Position numbers and translations under genes: made by a program. Shown piece by piece: positions 48,901-62,288 of a stretch of DNA of 64,000 bases; the stretch's first letter is position 1, and each line of letters starts with the position of its first letter. The stretch spans positions 321,935 through 385,934 of IMG/VR virus record IMGVR_UViG_3300028591_000070. One strand, 5' to 3'. The DNA is from a virus. Lineage: Duplodnaviria > Caudoviricetes. The notes under the pieces were generated by a model, which saw only the letters and a program-made list of their open reading frames with translations, searched no databases and was not told where the DNA came from.

Positions 48901-51190
48901 CGTTGAATATTATCTGATGTATAAGCATATTTCTCTTGAAGATTTTATGAAGCGTAGTCCTTATGTTTTGACTTCTAAAACTCAGGCACGTAAAAAGCTT
49001 TGGGCATTGAGAATCGAATACAAGTGTAAAGTTGAAGAAGGCATTCGAAAGATTGCTCAGAAAAAAGCAGCTTTACAGAATTGTATTGCAAAAATTAAGC
49101 AAGAAGAAAAGCAGATGAAGGAGATGTAAATTGAACATAATAAATCTTAAGTTTGAAACATCTGAGAGAGTAGACCCAATTATTAATGCATGTAACGAAC
49201 TTGCCGCTCTTATGAAAAAATATAACCTTACTTTTACTGGTGGTGCAAAGCTTAACCAAGTTGAAGGGCTTACTCGTTCAACTTATAAGATTGATGAGTA
49301 TGGACACTTTATATCAAAGGTGGAATAAATGAGTAATATCACTGATATTAAAATAGATATTGATTGCCCAGGTGTTGCTGCTTTTATTGAAAAACTTTTA
49401 ACAGAATGTGGTGACAATAAAAGTCTTAGCACACATGATTTTGAAAAAAATCTCCCAGAAAATAAAGATGAAAGAGAAAATGTCTGGGGTTGGTTTAATG
49501 ACATAATCTTTGAAGGTGAAGTTACTGATACTGACCTTGATCATAGTTGCGAAACATATGAATACTCTGAGGAAGTAGGTGAATGCAAAATAGATGGAAA
49601 ACCTTTTAAGATTACTGTAGATGGTAGTTGGGATTATTCACCTCATTGTAGCTTTAGAGAAACCATTGACTGGACAGGCTGGTTTTTGCAGATCACTTGT
49701 ACTAAAATCCATAATGAAGAAAATCCTCTCGCAGGTAAAGCTTCTTTTACAAGAAAGCCAAAAATTATTGAAGGATTTATTCTCGATAAAAATAATGTTT
49801 ATAAACTTTGTGGCTTTTTAACAAAGCAGCTTAAAGGATGTAATTTTTATCCTTATGGAAACAACTATGATGGTTATAAAACAAAAAGTCATACAAGGGT
49901 AGAACTAGGTTGTAATGTACCTAGAGATATTGAAGTATATGACAACCTTTACTTTTGGCTGAATATTAAAGTTGGCGAAATTGTTTGGGTTGAGTTTATG
50001 GATAATAGATACTCAATTAAACAGATGGATTTTAAAGAGTTTCAAAAAGACTATGACCTCATAGAAGGAACAAGATGATTTTCAATTCATTTGCTATTCT
50101 AAACATAAGTGCTACACTCAGTAGTCTTCCAGAATATTGGAATTTTGATGAGAATGCTTGGACTTCAAGATTTAATGAAGCCTGTCTTGCTCCAAAGTGG
50201 AAGGCCGAAGACCTTGTGAAACATGACCTTAAAGGCTCAGGTCAACTTCAGGAAATCAATGTTTCAGCAGTTGAAGCTAGTTGTGGGTATTGTGAACATT
50301 TTAATGATATTGCACATAATTGTGAATATTACCACACAGTTGGCACACAACAAAAGAAAATTGAAGCCTTAATAGCAGAAATTACTGAACTCAAGCATAC
50401 ATTTGGTCCAGGCTATATGCAAGATGAAATAGAGTTTAGTGATAAAACAACCTATTTAGAAGAGCAGCTTGCTAGAGCCTATGAACTTATTAAACGAGGC
50501 ACAAAACAATCAGTTGAAGGTCTTTTAGAAGGCATTAAGTATGATAATGATGTTAGAGCTTTTTTGAAGGACTATGAATTAAGAGAAGGCATAAAAAATA
50601 ATAAGGAGAATATATGAAGAAAGCACACGTTACAGCAGAATTGTCAGGTTGGACTTCTGTAGCTTGGGATAGCTGGGAAGATGATGAAGACCCAGATTTT
50701 GGAGATACAACAGGTCCTGATGGATTTTGTGTAAGTGCAACAAAAACATTTGATTTGGATGTACCAGATGACACCACAATTGAATCATTGAAAAATGACC
50801 CAGAATTCTTCGAAAGAGTAAATGATGAAGCTTGTAGCATGTTTGACTCAGGTTCCTTAAATGTTCTCGACTCTGAATATGGAGTTGATAAGGATGATTG
50901 GGAAATCGAATATATTGAATAATATGAAAAAGATTTTTATTGTAAAACATATCGACTTTGAAGATCCAGCTTGGTCTGGTGTAGAATTCATAGGCACTAC
51001 AAAAGATGAATGTTATGACTGGATTGATGATAACTTTGATAGCTATCTTGAGTATGAATGGGACGAAGACGAAGATGGTGTATTCTCTTCTAGAGGAGAT
51101 GATGACTGGCTTAAATCTGAACTCCATCTTGAAATCGAAGAACTTGGAGAAGGTGTTATTTCAGATTCATTGAAAGAATTGCTTAAATAA
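42962..51190 (+). CDS. cluster of about 22 small co-oriented early-type hypothetical ORFs, including secreted proteins at 45396 and 47762
   Basis: tightly packed plus-strand ORFs with RBSs behind promoters at 42915 and 46736. Confidence 0.6.
46736..46769 (+). promoter_or_regulatory. sigma70-like early promoter (one example of about 13 copies)
   Basis: TTGAAT-17 nt-TATATT followed by CTATA; same motif at 11691, 42915, 51170, 55304, 58835, 62240, 63906 (+) and 4338, 22486, 23145, 24280, 30908 (-). Confidence 0.75.
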
Positions 51191-51204
51191 AGTATATTCT
51201 ATAA

Positions 51205-51729
51205 ATGGAGATCTATTTATACCCTATACCAGGCAGTATTAGACGTTATACACGATATGCTCGCCTGGGTTTAGAAGAACTTCCAGATTATTCTCATAAA
51301 GCGCATCGTCGTATTAATATTGCAGGACATATTTTGAACTGTAAGAGTACACGAATGCGACTTTTATTTTTAAATCGGGAATTGACTTGTAAATGCTGTG
51401 GTATAAAAGCTTCATTTGCTGCTATTGAGACTTGTCCATCTTCTAAAGGATTTAAGAGCCTAAACTTTTATGGCTATGACCCGGACGGTAAAGAAGTTTT
51501 ATTGACTTGGGACCATATTGTTCCAAGATCATTAGGTGGTAAAAACTCAATTGAAAACTCTCAGACTTTATGTGCTCAGTGTAATGGAATAAAAGGTAAT
51601 GAGTTACATTTCCGTGAAATTAGAGCGATTAGAAAAATGAGAGGTCTTCCAGTAAAATATGAATATCATGATGATGGCGAAATTATTTACTGGTGGGATG
51701 GAAAAACTTATAGTTCTAATAGAGGATAA
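51205..51729 (+). CDS. HNH endonuclease
   Basis: CKCCG..LTWDHIVPRSLGGKNSIENSQTLCAQCNGIKG. Confidence 0.85.
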   Translation: MEIYLYPIPGSIRRYTRYARLGLEELPDYSHKAHRRINIAGHILNCKSTRMRLLFLNRELTCKCCGIKASFAAIETCPSSKGFKSLNFYGYDPDGKEVLLTWDHIVPRSLGGKNSIENSQTLCAQCNGIKGNELHFREIRAIRKMRGLPVKYEYHDDGEIIYWWDGKTYSSNRG

Positions 51730-51735
51730 TAATAT

Positions 51736-53163
51736 ATGAAATCAGAAATATGGTATGAAGCTGAAAATGAAAGCACAGGTGAAGTTACAAGATATGCAAC
51801 ATTTGATGATTTAAGAACTCAATTTACAAAAATAGATTATGGCTCTTATGGCAGTGGATTAGAAAATCTGGACCATTATAGAATTACCACTTACCGATCT
51901 ACTAAAAAATTATTTAAAACAGAAACATCTGTTATTGACGATAGATACACACAAAAGGGTTTTTGCTTTTATGTTAAAATAAGTGAAGCTAAAGCTCGTA
52001 CTATTAATTGGGTTAAAGTTTCTCCTTTGGAAGAAAAACTGCTTAATGGCATTAGTCAAAAAAATTCAGATATTTTTAAAAATTGGATTTATATTTCACA
52101 TAATTGGGGTGGACCAAAAACTCTATATGTTTCTCCTGATGACGCAAAATTACTTCAATTTGCACTTGCAGGTCAGCTTAAGTCTCATGTAATTAAAGGT
52201 TCAGATTGGCCTTACTGGTTTAAGTTGAACAATATCTTCCTTAAGTCAAAAACATCTTCTTGGTTTAAGTATCTTCATGATAATTTTGATATTATGGCAC
52301 CAAATTGGTTGGAAGAATATACAGGTCCTGATAAAGAAAGAGAGTATGAAGAAAAAATGGAAAAATGCTTAAGATAAATAATGAGGATTGATATGTGGCA
52401 AAATTTTATCGACTATTGTAATGATGGACATCAGATTGTATTCTTTACAGCGATGGTTATTTTTTGGGCTATCTGTTATTTTATTACTACAGTTCAACTG
52501 TGGCTTTCTGATAAAATGACAAAAACTTTGAATATCACTTATAAGCAAGCTTTAAGATCAACATTTATATATAATGGTGATTTTGATATATTCAATGTTT
52601 TTCCTTATATAATATTCAGTCCTGCTTATTGCGCTGTATCGACACTTATTTTTGTATGTTCAATTATTTATTGGATTATACATAAAATTATGGAGTCAAA
52701 GCATGCAAATAGTTGATAAAAATAATGGCAAACCTTTATTTGAGCCATGGCTTCCTACCTATCCTCAAACTAAAGAAATGATTGAAGGATATTATAAAGC
52801 AAAAGATTATATTTTTCGAAATGGCATTCCACAGAAAAAATATGATGAATTTTTAGAATGGAAAGAAAAGGCAGCTTCTAAAGGTGTTCCCGAATACATG
52901 CTTACATATGATGAATATGATGCTGCTTGTGCTCGCAAAGAAATTCCAGTAATTGATTTCAGATATATATCGTGGTGAAATATAGGAAGTTGGAGGTTAA
53001 AATGACGGATGAAGATAAAGCTTTGTTTCATGAAGCTATTGCGCTTTTAAAAGAAATTGCTGAATCAAGAGGACAATTTTATTCAGAAGAAGAGCATGCT
53101 GATTATTTTAAGCGTGTAGAAGATGTCATAAAAGGTGCAGAAGAAATGGAACCTAAAAAGTAG
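51736..53163 (+). CDS. four hypothetical ORFs (one membrane protein)
   Basis: packed ORFs. Confidence 0.5.
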
Positions 53164-53171
53164 AAAATAAA

Positions 53172-53921
53172 ATGGCAAATTATCTTCAATTAATGGACAA
53201 TTCCAAGTTTGGACCAGAAGAAGAAGCTTTAGCCAGATATTTTGGTAAGGGTAATTATAAAACTTTTTATCGAAAGCAGATTGTCCAGAATAAATTAAAA
53301 ATTACAAAAGATGATTTTATCTCAGGTGATATAAAAACCATGTATGCTGCAATGAGACAGCTTGGAATAGAATATTCTTATACAGATTACCCTGAAAGTC
53401 TTAGAAAATATTTACTTAGAAATGTTTGGCCTTCTACTATGAAAGCACTTCGTGACGAAATTTATGTTTCTGGATTTTTAGATAAACCTGTTTTTGTTAA
53501 GCCTCGTGATAATTTGAAGCGATTTACTGGATTTATATGTGAATCAGTCGATGACATAGCTCAAAATGCTAGAGGCGCTGGTAATAACGTAAAAATTTGG
53601 TATTCAGATGTGATTCATTTTACTTCAGAATATAGATGTCCCATTGTAAATGGAAAATTAAGAGGTTGCTACCATTATAGTAATCACAACCCTTATGATT
53701 ATATAAAATATAGAGAGGCTTTATTTGAAACTGTCCAAAAAATGGCTGATGAAAATAAAGAGGGTAATTCTGCTTATTGTCTAGATGTTGGCATTACAAA
53801 TAAGGGTGAAATTGCTCTTATTGAAATGACTGATGGATTTAGCTTTGGCAAATATGGCATGAGTGACAAATTATTAGCCGAGATTCTTATTACTCGATGG
53901 AATGAATTAAAGAATGGATGA
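53172..53921 (+). CDS. ATP-grasp protein (DUF4343/R2K-like)
   Basis: PVFVKP..KRFTG, SEYR, AYCLDVG, LIEMTDGFSFGKYG. Confidence 0.8.
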   Translation: MANYLQLMDNSKFGPEEEALARYFGKGNYKTFYRKQIVQNKLKITKDDFISGDIKTMYAAMRQLGIEYSYTDYPESLRKYLLRNVWPSTMKALRDEIYVSGFLDKPVFVKPRDNLKRFTGFICESVDDIAQNARGAGNNVKIWYSDVIHFTSEYRCPIVNGKLRGCYHYSNHNPYDYIKYREALFETVQKMADENKEGNSAYCLDVGITNKGEIALIEMTDGFSFGKYGMSDKLLAEILITRWNELKNG

Positions 53922-54141
53922 TGAATTACTGCTCTTAGAGCTTGAACACTTGCGCCAAATGTTGGAAATTGCAAGCTTAGATATAAGTAAGCTTATTAAA
54001 TGCAAACCTGGTGACTATTTGCATGATTTAAGTACCAGAGACTATTATGAGGAGATAAAGCACAATGAGTAAAACTAGAAATATTGAAATTTGGTTGAGT
54101 ACAGAATGGGGAATACTCGGCTATCTTAAAAGAGGAAAATA

Positions 54142-57100
54142 ATGACAGAACTTACTCGATTACCTAAAATAGAACTTGAAAAAGTTCCCGAGACTTATAA
54201 TCAATGTTCTAATTGTTATATTTATATTTATAATGGTTATGCTCAATGCCCTGGCTTAGAACCCGATTGTGTTTTGCATGACTGTCAATATTATGAGCCA
54301 ATGTTTAGCATAAAAGAAAATGACTAAAGGAGAAAATATATGTCAGTAGAAAGTTTGTTAGCAGGTTTAGCTGTAAAAGCAGTTGATGCTGCAGCTGAAG
54401 ATAAAACTTGTAAAAAATGTGAGCATTTAACTTCTAAACAGCTCAATATCATACTCACTATCGGTGGTGGCTTTAGCAGTTGTCCTTGTGATACTTGCAA
54501 AGATGGTAGTAATTTTGAAAGGAAAAGTCGTGAATCTAAAAGATAGATACATCATTAAATGCTTTGGGCCCGATGAGACAAGATATTATCTTCAAGATGC
54601 TGGAGCATATATTCTTTCTACAGATCCTAATAAAGCAATAGTTTATAAAAATAAGGATCATGCTCAATCAGTATGTGATACATATAATACATATGTCCTG
54701 CATGTAAAGTACCATACCTTAAATGGTGAAATTTTACCCAAAAATTGGTCATTAGATGTAATAAAATCATATATTGAAGAGGGTTAAAATGGGAAAAATA
54801 CCACATGTAAAAGACTTAACAGGAATAGATCTTTCTACTTTAGATAAAGAAGAATTACTTCAGGCTGCTCTATCTTATAAAAGAGCATATTATATTGCTA
54901 AGAAAAATAATGTTGCTTGGAAAAATAGGCAGTTTGCAGCTCGAAGATGGTATGAGAATAATTTTATTACAAATCGTCTTTTTAAGAAGTTTGTTCTTAA
55001 ATTTGTAAGCCATTGTCCTTTATATGATGATTTGCATAATTATATGCCTGAAAAATTTGAAGATGGAAAATATTATCGACCTGAAGAATATGACTGGAGG
55101 TATCAGAAATGAATCCTAAAAAAGTTTCACTTTGCTTAGGTTGTGAAAATGCTTTAGATGCTACTAGGATGTTTTGTCATACTTGCGATGGTGGAGTAAA
55201 TTTTACTCTATGTAAAGGTCATCCAAATAGTGATTGTTTTAGGGTTTTTATGGAAACAGTTACCGAAGATATAGTACGTCCTGCTTTATATCAAATAAAA
55301 CCTATGAAATGGACTAAGATGTAAAGTATATTCTATATATGACTTTTAGAGAAATTTTACCACTTGTAAAATATAATGAGTATATTTCTAGTTTAGGCAA
55401 CCTTGGTGATGATTTCATTGAGGTTACTTTTTTCTATACATATTATAGTAAAAAAACTTCGTCATTCCATACAGTAGAAATTAATCCAGGTGAATATGGC
55501 ACTTTAGGAATTTGGTTTGAAGATTTTGATAATGATATAGACAGAGATGACTATGATGAAGGTGCTGAAACAACTGAGATGTGGAATGAGCCAACTGAAG
55601 ATGATACAATGGCAAATTGGATGGCTCATTTAGTTTGGCTTGGTCCTTCATATGATTGGCCGGATTGGCCTGAACTACATACTGATGATGTAGAGGTAGT
55701 AAAAAGTGCATGTAGTAGATTATATGCGAGAATAGAGGAATATAAAAAAGAACATGAACAATGATAAACGACTAATGTTAGAAGGCCTGTTTGTTACAGG
55801 AAATAAATATCTCTATCCAAAAGAAGTTCAAGAAATGATGAAGCATTATATGTATGTCATAAATCATGATGTATTTAAGCAACACAAATTCGGAAAAAAG
55901 CATCATAATTTCTTTTATAGAGCTCAGTCAATATCAGACCATTATTTATATCAGCTTAGTAATACTGCATCTAAATTATTTGATATGAAGAAAAAAGCGG
56001 CAAAAATTTTTAAAGACTATATGGCCTTCAAAAAAGAAGTTGTAGAATGCGGTTCTTATTCAGACCCAGTTATTAGAGATATTCTCAATAAAAAGAAAGA
56101 TGCTTGGCGAGAAATTTCTATGGATATTATGAAAGCCAAAGATGCTCGTTATGCTTGTGAACTAGAGTATAATGCTTTAATGGAATATATTAATGCTACT
56201 AGAGAATATATTACATTTTTAGAACAAAATCAAAAAGAAAAGGTATAATCTAAATATGGGATTTTTTGATGATAGACATAAAAAGTCTAATAGACGAAAA
56301 GTAGAAATATTTAAATATATGATTCAATTTCTGGAGATTTATGGTAATGAAAACTTTGGAGAGTCTGCAGAAATTGATTGGCCTCGAGTATGGGAATATT
56401 GTTCAAAATGTGACATGCTTGATTTTAACTATGAGGTTGAAGATTTAGTTTATAATACAAAAGATGAAGAATTTCGCGATAAAGTATTTGCTTTCGTAGA
56501 AAAACAAGCTATTGAAGGTTATCCACTCTGGCGTTTATTTAAGATGTCAAAATGGCTTTATGACAAATGTGAGGCCGACCTTATGGCAGCTGAGCATGCA
56601 AAAGATGTTGAATATTTTAATAATACAAAATGCTATCGCTGTAAAAACTTTAAGAACAGTTTGCATATTGTATACTCAACGCCATTAGAACCTATTTTGA
56701 TGGGTAACTTTGAGTCTGTTGAAGATTTTAGACGACAATATCCAGATGCACCAGTAAAATCTTATTCACATAATATGGTTTGTTTGGAGCGTGAAAAACA
56801 GCTTGATGAAGCTTATAAGAAAGCTTGTGAAAAAGACTCATTCCTTCGTCATCTTTTTGAAGAACGAGAATTTAAGCAAAATTATAAGTTTAAGTATAAA
56901 AAGTTTAATTACAGAGATGAGAGTCAGGATGACAGCTCAAGGGATTGGGTTTTATATCCTCTAGCTCTCAAAAGATGTAATTACTTTGTTGAATCTGATA
57001 TGACTCCAGAAAAATTTGAAAAATTATGGAATGAAATTCCAAGGAGAGAAAAATGAAAAACTTTGATCATTTTATTATAGATTATCACTGTATTCCAGGA

Positions 57101-58846
57101 GTTGCAAATGTTGGAATGACTCTTGATTGTAGTAATTCTAAATGCTATGGCGTTTTTGAAATACCTGAAGAAGTTGAAAATCTTATTACTGGTAAGCCAC
57201 TTCCATATCGCCTTAAAGTAAGTCATAATATACCATCACTCTGGGCAATGAACCCAGATTTTCATCCTAATCCTGAAGACTTTGAAAACCTTAAAAAAGA
57301 GTTTATCAAAGCTTGTGAAAATAAAGAAGTTGAATGGAGTGATCCAAATATTCAATGCCATCATTGTGGTAAATATTTTGACCCATCATATGACTTTATT
57401 GAAGATGAAGATTTATTAGCTTTTTGTATGGATGGCCATGATGAATATAAATATCCAAATTATTGTCCATCATGTATTCAAGAATTGTATGATTTCTGTA
57501 ATGATGCAGAAGCTGCTTTTGCAGAAAGAGACGTAATCAAGGAGGAAAAATAATGGCATTTTTATGGCTTTTTATTGGTTGTTCTTTTGCAGTAATTTTT
57601 ATTTATCTGACTGCAAAAGTTGTGTTAGCTAGCTGGTATTCTAAGGAATTTGCATTATCAGCTATTGCATTAGTTGTTATATCAGATTGTATAAGCTTAT
57701 TTGCTACAATTTTCTTTTTCTATCAGTTCTATGGCGCGACAAAACTTTCACTTTAGCAAAGTATTTTATAAATGGTGGGACTCACAGCTAAAAGAGGCAA
57801 ATCTTACTAGAAAAGACTTTTTCTCTGGAAAGTATTCATTTAATATACAGGGAGTATATGACGCTTTTAAAGCTGGTCAAGAAGCCAGCATAGAAACAAA
57901 TAAATTTGAAAAAGAGTTTAGAACTCTTCAAAAGAAAATGAAAGCCGCTTATGATAAAGGTGATATTAAAACATTAGATGAATTAACTGAGGAGGTTATT
58001 TTCCTATGAGATGTGTAGATTGTGTAAATAGATATACTTATAATGATTCTGCTTTTGGTGAAGTTCAGCCTTGTGATGGTTGTAAAGATTTTAATTTTTT
58101 TAAGCCTTGCCAAAAAAGAAATTTTTATATGGGAACTGTAAGTAAAAACCCATGGAATTTCATGAAATGTGAGGTAAAAGTTTTAACTAAGAATAAGTTT
58201 AGATTTGAACTAGATTTAATTGGATATCATGAACGAGATATGAGCTTAAAAGGCGCATGCGAAAATGGACGGCTCTATTTTGACCATTTAGCTGGTCACA
58301 CTGGTTTCTTAAGTAATGAGAGTACTAAAAAGTTTGTTAAACTTGATCCCGATGATATTTATATAAATTACAATATTGGTAAATTCATGGAAGTTGTCTC
58401 AAATGAAATTGCAAAAGATGAAAATCCATCATCTCATGAAATCTGTGAGACAACAATGGACTGTGGCTCTTGTGATTGGGACAAAAATCTAAAACTTCAC
58501 ATCAATGAGGTAGTATATGAGCATTAATTACCAAGAATTGTATAATACAGAAAAGCATAGAAGTGCAGGTCTTAGAGGTGAAAACACTAGATTAAGAAAA
58601 ACAAATGCAGCTTTACAAGAAGACTTAAATCAGCTCAATAGACTTTTAGCTTCTTCAATTCCAGTTATTTGGCATGACTTAACAAAAAATCCTGGTGACC
58701 TTCCTGATTTTAAAGGAGTTTTAGATGAAAGAGGCCATAGAGTTTTTTACTCTTCATTGGATAACACTTGGTATGACTTAGATGAAGGTAGTATAAAGAT
58801 TAGTCAACCATCTCATTGGTGTGATATTCCTTATTTGAAAAAATAA
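54142..58846 (+). CDS. cluster of small hypothetical ORFs, many Cys-rich; last one (58517-58846) DUF551-like
   Basis: CxxC motifs; WHDL..NPGDLP...HWCDIP in the last ORF. Confidence 0.5.
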
Positions 58847-58883
58847 TTATTATATAAGTATATTCTATAAATAGAGGTTTAAC

Positions 58884-59414
58884 ATGCTTCAGATGAAAAT
58901 TAAAATGCAAGATTTTCCAGTTGGTAAGTGTAGACTTGCTTATACATTTGCAAAATATTGTCATTCAGAAATGGATCAAAAAAGAAAAGGTTCTGGTGAG
59001 CCTTATTTTGTTCATCCAAAAGGTGTTGCAAAAATTGTAATGGATAATGGTGGAAATGAAGACCAAATTTGTGCAGCTTTTTGTCATGACCTCTTAGAAG
59101 ATGTTCCTTTTGTGTCCTATGAAGAACTTAAAAAAGGATTTAATCAGCATGTAGCAGATTTAGTACTTGAACTAACCAATGTTCGCGTAGAAATTGAAAA
59201 AGTAGGTAAAGAAGCTTATATGACAGATAAGCTTATGCATTTATCAAATGAAGCATTATTAATTAAACTCGCCGATATGCTTTATAATATCTCGGATCAA
59301 GCAACTGAAGCTCAGGAAATAAGAATGCTTCATAATATTTCGGCATTAATTGCTAATCGAAAAGATTTGACAGATAATACTAAGCAGCTTGCTATGATGG
59401 TATTTGGGAGTTAA
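58884..59414 (+). CDS. RelA/SpoT-type HD hydrolase (small alarmone hydrolase/Mesh1-like)
   Basis: H..QKRKGSGEPYFVHP, AAFCHDLLED, LIKLADMLYN. Confidence 0.85.
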   Translation: MLQMKIKMQDFPVGKCRLAYTFAKYCHSEMDQKRKGSGEPYFVHPKGVAKIVMDNGGNEDQICAAFCHDLLEDVPFVSYEELKKGFNQHVADLVLELTNVRVEIEKVGKEAYMTDKLMHLSNEALLIKLADMLYNISDQATEAQEIRMLHNISALIANRKDLTDNTKQLAMMVFGS

Positions 59415-59416
59415 TT

Positions 59417-60431
59417 ATGATTTCAATCAGTAGAGAAACTTTTGATTTAGACCTTTACCAAGGTCCATTTTTTAAAATGGTTTTTACTATTGAGGGCTGT
59501 TGTGAAGATGGCTTTCATATTACAACTTTGAGTAAAGAAGAAGTAGAAAAAAGATTTTATTCTATTTTAGATAAGGCTTCATCAAAAGTCTTTTTGCAAG
59601 AATATCATGGCGACACTTATATCACAATTCATTTCTTTGTTGAAAATTATATTTCAGATGAAGTTGAATATAGAGTTTATTTGTTAGTTGACCATAGATA
59701 TCCAAAGTTTTTAAGAAAGGTCGCTGATGAAATTTGCTCATCTAACGATGAAAAACTTCTTAAATTTACTGGGCCTTATGAAGAATGGACATATTCTTGT
59801 AAGGAAGACATAAGAGTTCTTCTTAAAGAAGATAAAACTCAGGAAATTAAAAAATTAAATATTGAAGTTGATTATTGGAAAGAAGCCTATGAAACATTAA
59901 AGAAAAAATGTTTAGGTTTTTCTTCTATTATAGAAGATGTTGAAAATCAGGCACGTTGGCATAAAGAAAATGCTGAAAACCAACTAAAGAATGAAATAAA
60001 AGAGGACACTGAAAATGGACACTAAAGTTTATTTCAAAGATGGAGATAAATATTATCCTGCTGACCAGATGACTAGAGAGTTGGCAAATGGAATGACTAT
60101 CAAAAATCTTCAATATATTTGTCAAACCTTAAATAACACACTTATGTGGTTTAAGAGAAAACAGCTTCCTTTGCTTCATAAGCAGTATATGGACTTAAAA
60201 AATAAGTCGGTTAAAGATTTTCAAAAGGAACTTAATACTGTAGACCCACAGATTTGTAATAATCAGCATTTTAATTATAAAGAAGCTCAGCTTCAGTTAA
60301 ACGTAAAAATTGGATTAGCATATCATGATTATATGAATGCTATTAGAACATACCATAAAAGTAGACGTGACCTTCATCATAGAAATGAAGCATTAAAATA
60401 TTGGAGTAAATATAATGAAAACAATTCGTAA
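59417..60431 (+). CDS. two hypothetical ORFs
   Basis: packed ORFs 59417-60025 and 60015-60431. Confidence 0.5.
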
Positions 60432-61032
60432 AAATGTATTTGAAACAAACAGCTCAAGTTGCCATTCAATCACTTTTTCAGAAAAAGGAAGTGGTTGTCG
60501 CCCTGCTAAAGCATCTATCGATTTAAGAAGTAATGACTTTGGATGGGAAGAGGAAGAATATACAGATAGTCAGTCAAAGTTTGAATATTGGCTAGCTTGT
60601 TTTGAGGATTGTTCTGCACTTAGAATTCGTGAAAAGTTTGCAGAAGTTTTGCATAAGGATGCATGGAGCGCATATCCTTCTAAGGAAAGACCACTTCCTG
60701 AAAATGTTTGGGAAGAAGCATTTGAAGAAGTTTATGCACATTTTGTGGATGTTCTCTCTTATTTAAGAGATAATGGTGTTGAGTTTCTCATTAAATATAA
60801 TGATTATACTCATGAGCTTGAAGAATACCTCACAGATTTCAACAGAAATAATGCATATGACCCAGAATTTGGACACTTTAATTTCCTTGTAGATATGGGT
60901 TATGGTATCGACCACCAGTCTGCACCTCATGAAGATAGAGATGCCTATAGTTTAGGATGGTCTTCTCCTGAAGAAGTATATGACTGGGTTTTTGGAGATG
61001 GCTCAGTAAAAACTGATAATGATAATCACTAA
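60415..61032 (+). CDS. phage protein with an N-terminal IRxxVFETNSSS motif
   Basis: MKTIRKNVFETNSSSCHSIT; later IDHQS. Confidence 0.6.
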   Translation: MKTIRKNVFETNSSSCHSITFSEKGSGCRPAKASIDLRSNDFGWEEEEYTDSQSKFEYWLACFEDCSALRIREKFAEVLHKDAWSAYPSKERPLPENVWEEAFEEVYAHFVDVLSYLRDNGVEFLIKYNDYTHELEEYLTDFNRNNAYDPEFGHFNFLVDMGYGIDHQSAPHEDRDAYSLGWSSPEEVYDWVFGDGSVKTDNDNH

Positions 61033-61110
61033 TAGAACTTTTAGAATTATTAAAGTCTCAATAGTCGCCATTATGCTTTTAGTGGCGACTATTGCTATAG
61101 GAGTTTCATT

Positions 61111-62237
61111 ATGAAATTATTTGATGAAAAGTTTGTTCATGTTTTATGGAATAATGATTTAGCTGGATCCAAAGGATTTGTGGCAAATAACATTCAAGAA
61201 CTTATAGAAAAAGTTGAAGAAAAAAGACCTGACAAACAATTTGAAATTAGAAAAAGTGAAAATCCTAATGCTCAATTTTTTATGAGTGGAATAGGCTGTA
61301 GTTATCCTTTTGCTTATGTTGACCCATATTATGAGATTAAAGTTGCTTATTTAGATGGCAAGAAAATTGAATGGTATAATGTGTTTAAGGATTGCTGGTG
61401 TCTCATAGATAATGATACAAATTTTATTCTAGCTATTAATGAACAAAATAAGCTTAGAATAGCTAAAGATGATATAAAATATTGGGTAATTGCTACATAC
61501 TCTCAATTTGCAGATATTAAAAACTATAACACATTTGGTCCATGCTATCATGTTGAGGAACAACAAGACAGTTATTCTCGTTCAAATCCGCCATTAGCAA
61601 AAGATTTTGAGTCTTATGAAGAAGCTCAGGAATGGTTGAAAAAATATTTACAAGATCAAAGAATCTATAAGCGTGTTGCCAACCTTATAAAAACACTTAT
61701 AAAACAAATGGAATGTTTTTGTTCTCATTTAGAAAATAATGAACAAATCCCTAGAGATGAATTTGAAGCTTGCTTTGAGTCATTTTCTTTATCTTTAAAT
61801 GGTGATGTTAATAATCAGTTAATATTTAAAAATAAGGAGGACGAAGAAGAATGACAAGTCAAGAATGGGCCGCTAAAACTGGCCGTGAAGAGTACAACGA
61901 AGTTTGGAAAGAATGCACAATTCTTTTTAAGGACAAAATTGAAAAGTGTCTTGATGGAACAGAAGATGACAAGTTTAAGTTGGAATATGTTGCTGAAGTA
62001 ATCGAAGATGAAACAGGAGCATCACTACCAAATGAATATGAAGATCGCCGTTATATTGCACTTCTTACAGCTGGTAAGAATGGTGATGGAGATTGGATTG
62101 ACTACCTCATTGATGCTCACAATATTTTTGCAGATCTCACCGACCCAGATGTTGGTGGCTTTGAAAAAGCATATCTTGTAAAGTGGGAAAATGATTGTGC
62201 TGATGATGTTTCCTATTTATATATAGGCCTTAAATAA
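61111..62237 (+). CDS. two hypothetical phage proteins
   Basis: ORFs 61111-61854 and 61851-62237 with RBSs. Confidence 0.55.
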
Positions 62238-62288
62238 TCTTGAACTTTTCTTGAACAAATGGTATTATCCATATAAGAGGTAATAGAT

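Noticed and set aside
61575-61595. GTTCAAATCC tRNA T-arm-like sequence
   Set aside because: Inside a CDS with no cloverleaf; no tRNA found in the window
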